Notes under the pieces: generated by a model
The model's database searches: none
Seen by the model: the letters and a program-made list of their open reading frames with translations, nothing else
Told to the model about the DNA's origin: nothing
Shown: positions 63,366-64,000 of the stretch, in pieces
How positions within the stretch are numbered: position 1 is the first letter of the stretch
Layout of the letters: the number at the start of each line of letters is the position of its first letter
DNA from: Cystobasidiomycetes sp. EMM_F5
Lineage: Eukaryota
Direction of reading: 5' to 3'
Length of the DNA: 64,000 bases
Assembly (NCBI GenBank): GCA_051047955.1
Contig: JBPGPT010000018.1
Location: 248,001-312,000, forward strand
Position numbers and translations under genes: made by a program

Positions 63366-64000
63366 ATGTCTCTGCCAAATTCTGCCAACATGCTACCACC
63401 CATGTCGGGTCTGGGCAGCGGGCAGCGGCTCATTGTCGTCTCGAACCGGCTGCCAGTGACCATCAAAAAGAACGAAAAGAACGGGGAATGGACCTTTAGC
63501 ATGTCGTCGGGAGGGCTCGTGTCGGCGCTGAGCGGGTGCAAAAAGCAGATGGACTTCACCTGGATTGGCTGGCCAGGTGCGCGGTTGCGGGTGTGTCCAA
63601 TGGCAATTGCTCGAGGCTGAGAATGTATAAACAGGCCTCGATGTCCCGTTCGAAGAGAGGGAACTCGTGTCCAAGAGGCTCATGGACGAGTACTCGTGCT
63701 TGCCCGTCTACGTCTCGGACGAGATTGCAGACCGTCACTACAACGGATTCTCAAACAGCATACTGTGGCCGCTGTTTCACTACCGTGGGCGGGCTACACG
63801 TATTCATGAATTGGGAGTCACTAATTACATTGAGCAACACGCGTAGACCCGGGGGAAATGCTCTTTGACGAAACAAACTGGCTGGCGTACCGCGAGACAA
63901 ACCTCCTGTTCGCCGAGGCTCTGCGCAAGGAAGTCAAGAGTGGAGACATGGTCTGGGTGCAAGACTACCATCTCATGCTGCTGCCCATGATGCTGCGCTC
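63366..64000 (+). CDS. TPS1: Trehalose-6-phosphate synthase catalytic subunit, 5' part (runs off the window)
   Basis: RLIVVSNRLPVTI..FSMSSGGLVSALSG..WIGWPG, ADRHYNGFSNSILWPLFHYHPGE and VWVQDYHLMLLP. Confidence 0.95.

Overview
This window is eukaryotic DNA from an intron-rich fungus. The short (~45-65 nt) GT-AG introns with CTRAY branch sites, several 15-20 nt micro-exons and the protein families point to a basidiomycete, possibly a Pucciniomycotina-type yeast; the lineage is inference. The six-frame ORFs are mostly single exons, so I spliced the gene models by eye and internal boundaries are approximate. About 27 protein-coding loci are supported. In order: ERG20 (3' part), HNT3/aprataxin, a NIT3-type omega-amidase, SPT6, a Tyr-Pro-repeat protein, a DUF4211-like protein, a LYS5/Sfp-type PPTase, AP-2 beta (APL1), a Methyltransf_22-like protein, GUP1, GPI16, a GST, an epoxide hydrolase, DLD2, RHO2, a 2-TM hypothetical protein, an atypical Zn2Cys6-like locus, an HxD...H oxygenase-like protein, an LTE1-like RasGEF, UBP6, a SET6-like protein, a SUT1-like sugar transporter, an AVT3/4 transporter, a possible SPIDR-like protein, a CE4 deacetylase and TPS1 (5' part). 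Two accessory-looking zones interrupt the conserved genes: ~25.2-31.2 kb (gene-poor, decayed frames, a heptamer array) and ~38-42.5 kb (lineage-specific genes, a palindrome array). The best leads are the candidate fungal SPIDR-like gene, the tail-to-tail GUP1/GPI16 pair acting on the same GPI pathway, the epoxide hydrolase-GST tandem, the periodic TTGTCTGACAA array upstream of an acidic Zn-cluster-like gene, the Rho2 with an altered effector loop, and three GC-AG introns. I found no rRNA, tRNA, CRISPR array or recognisable transposon. No database searches were run, and family calls rest on recalled motifs.
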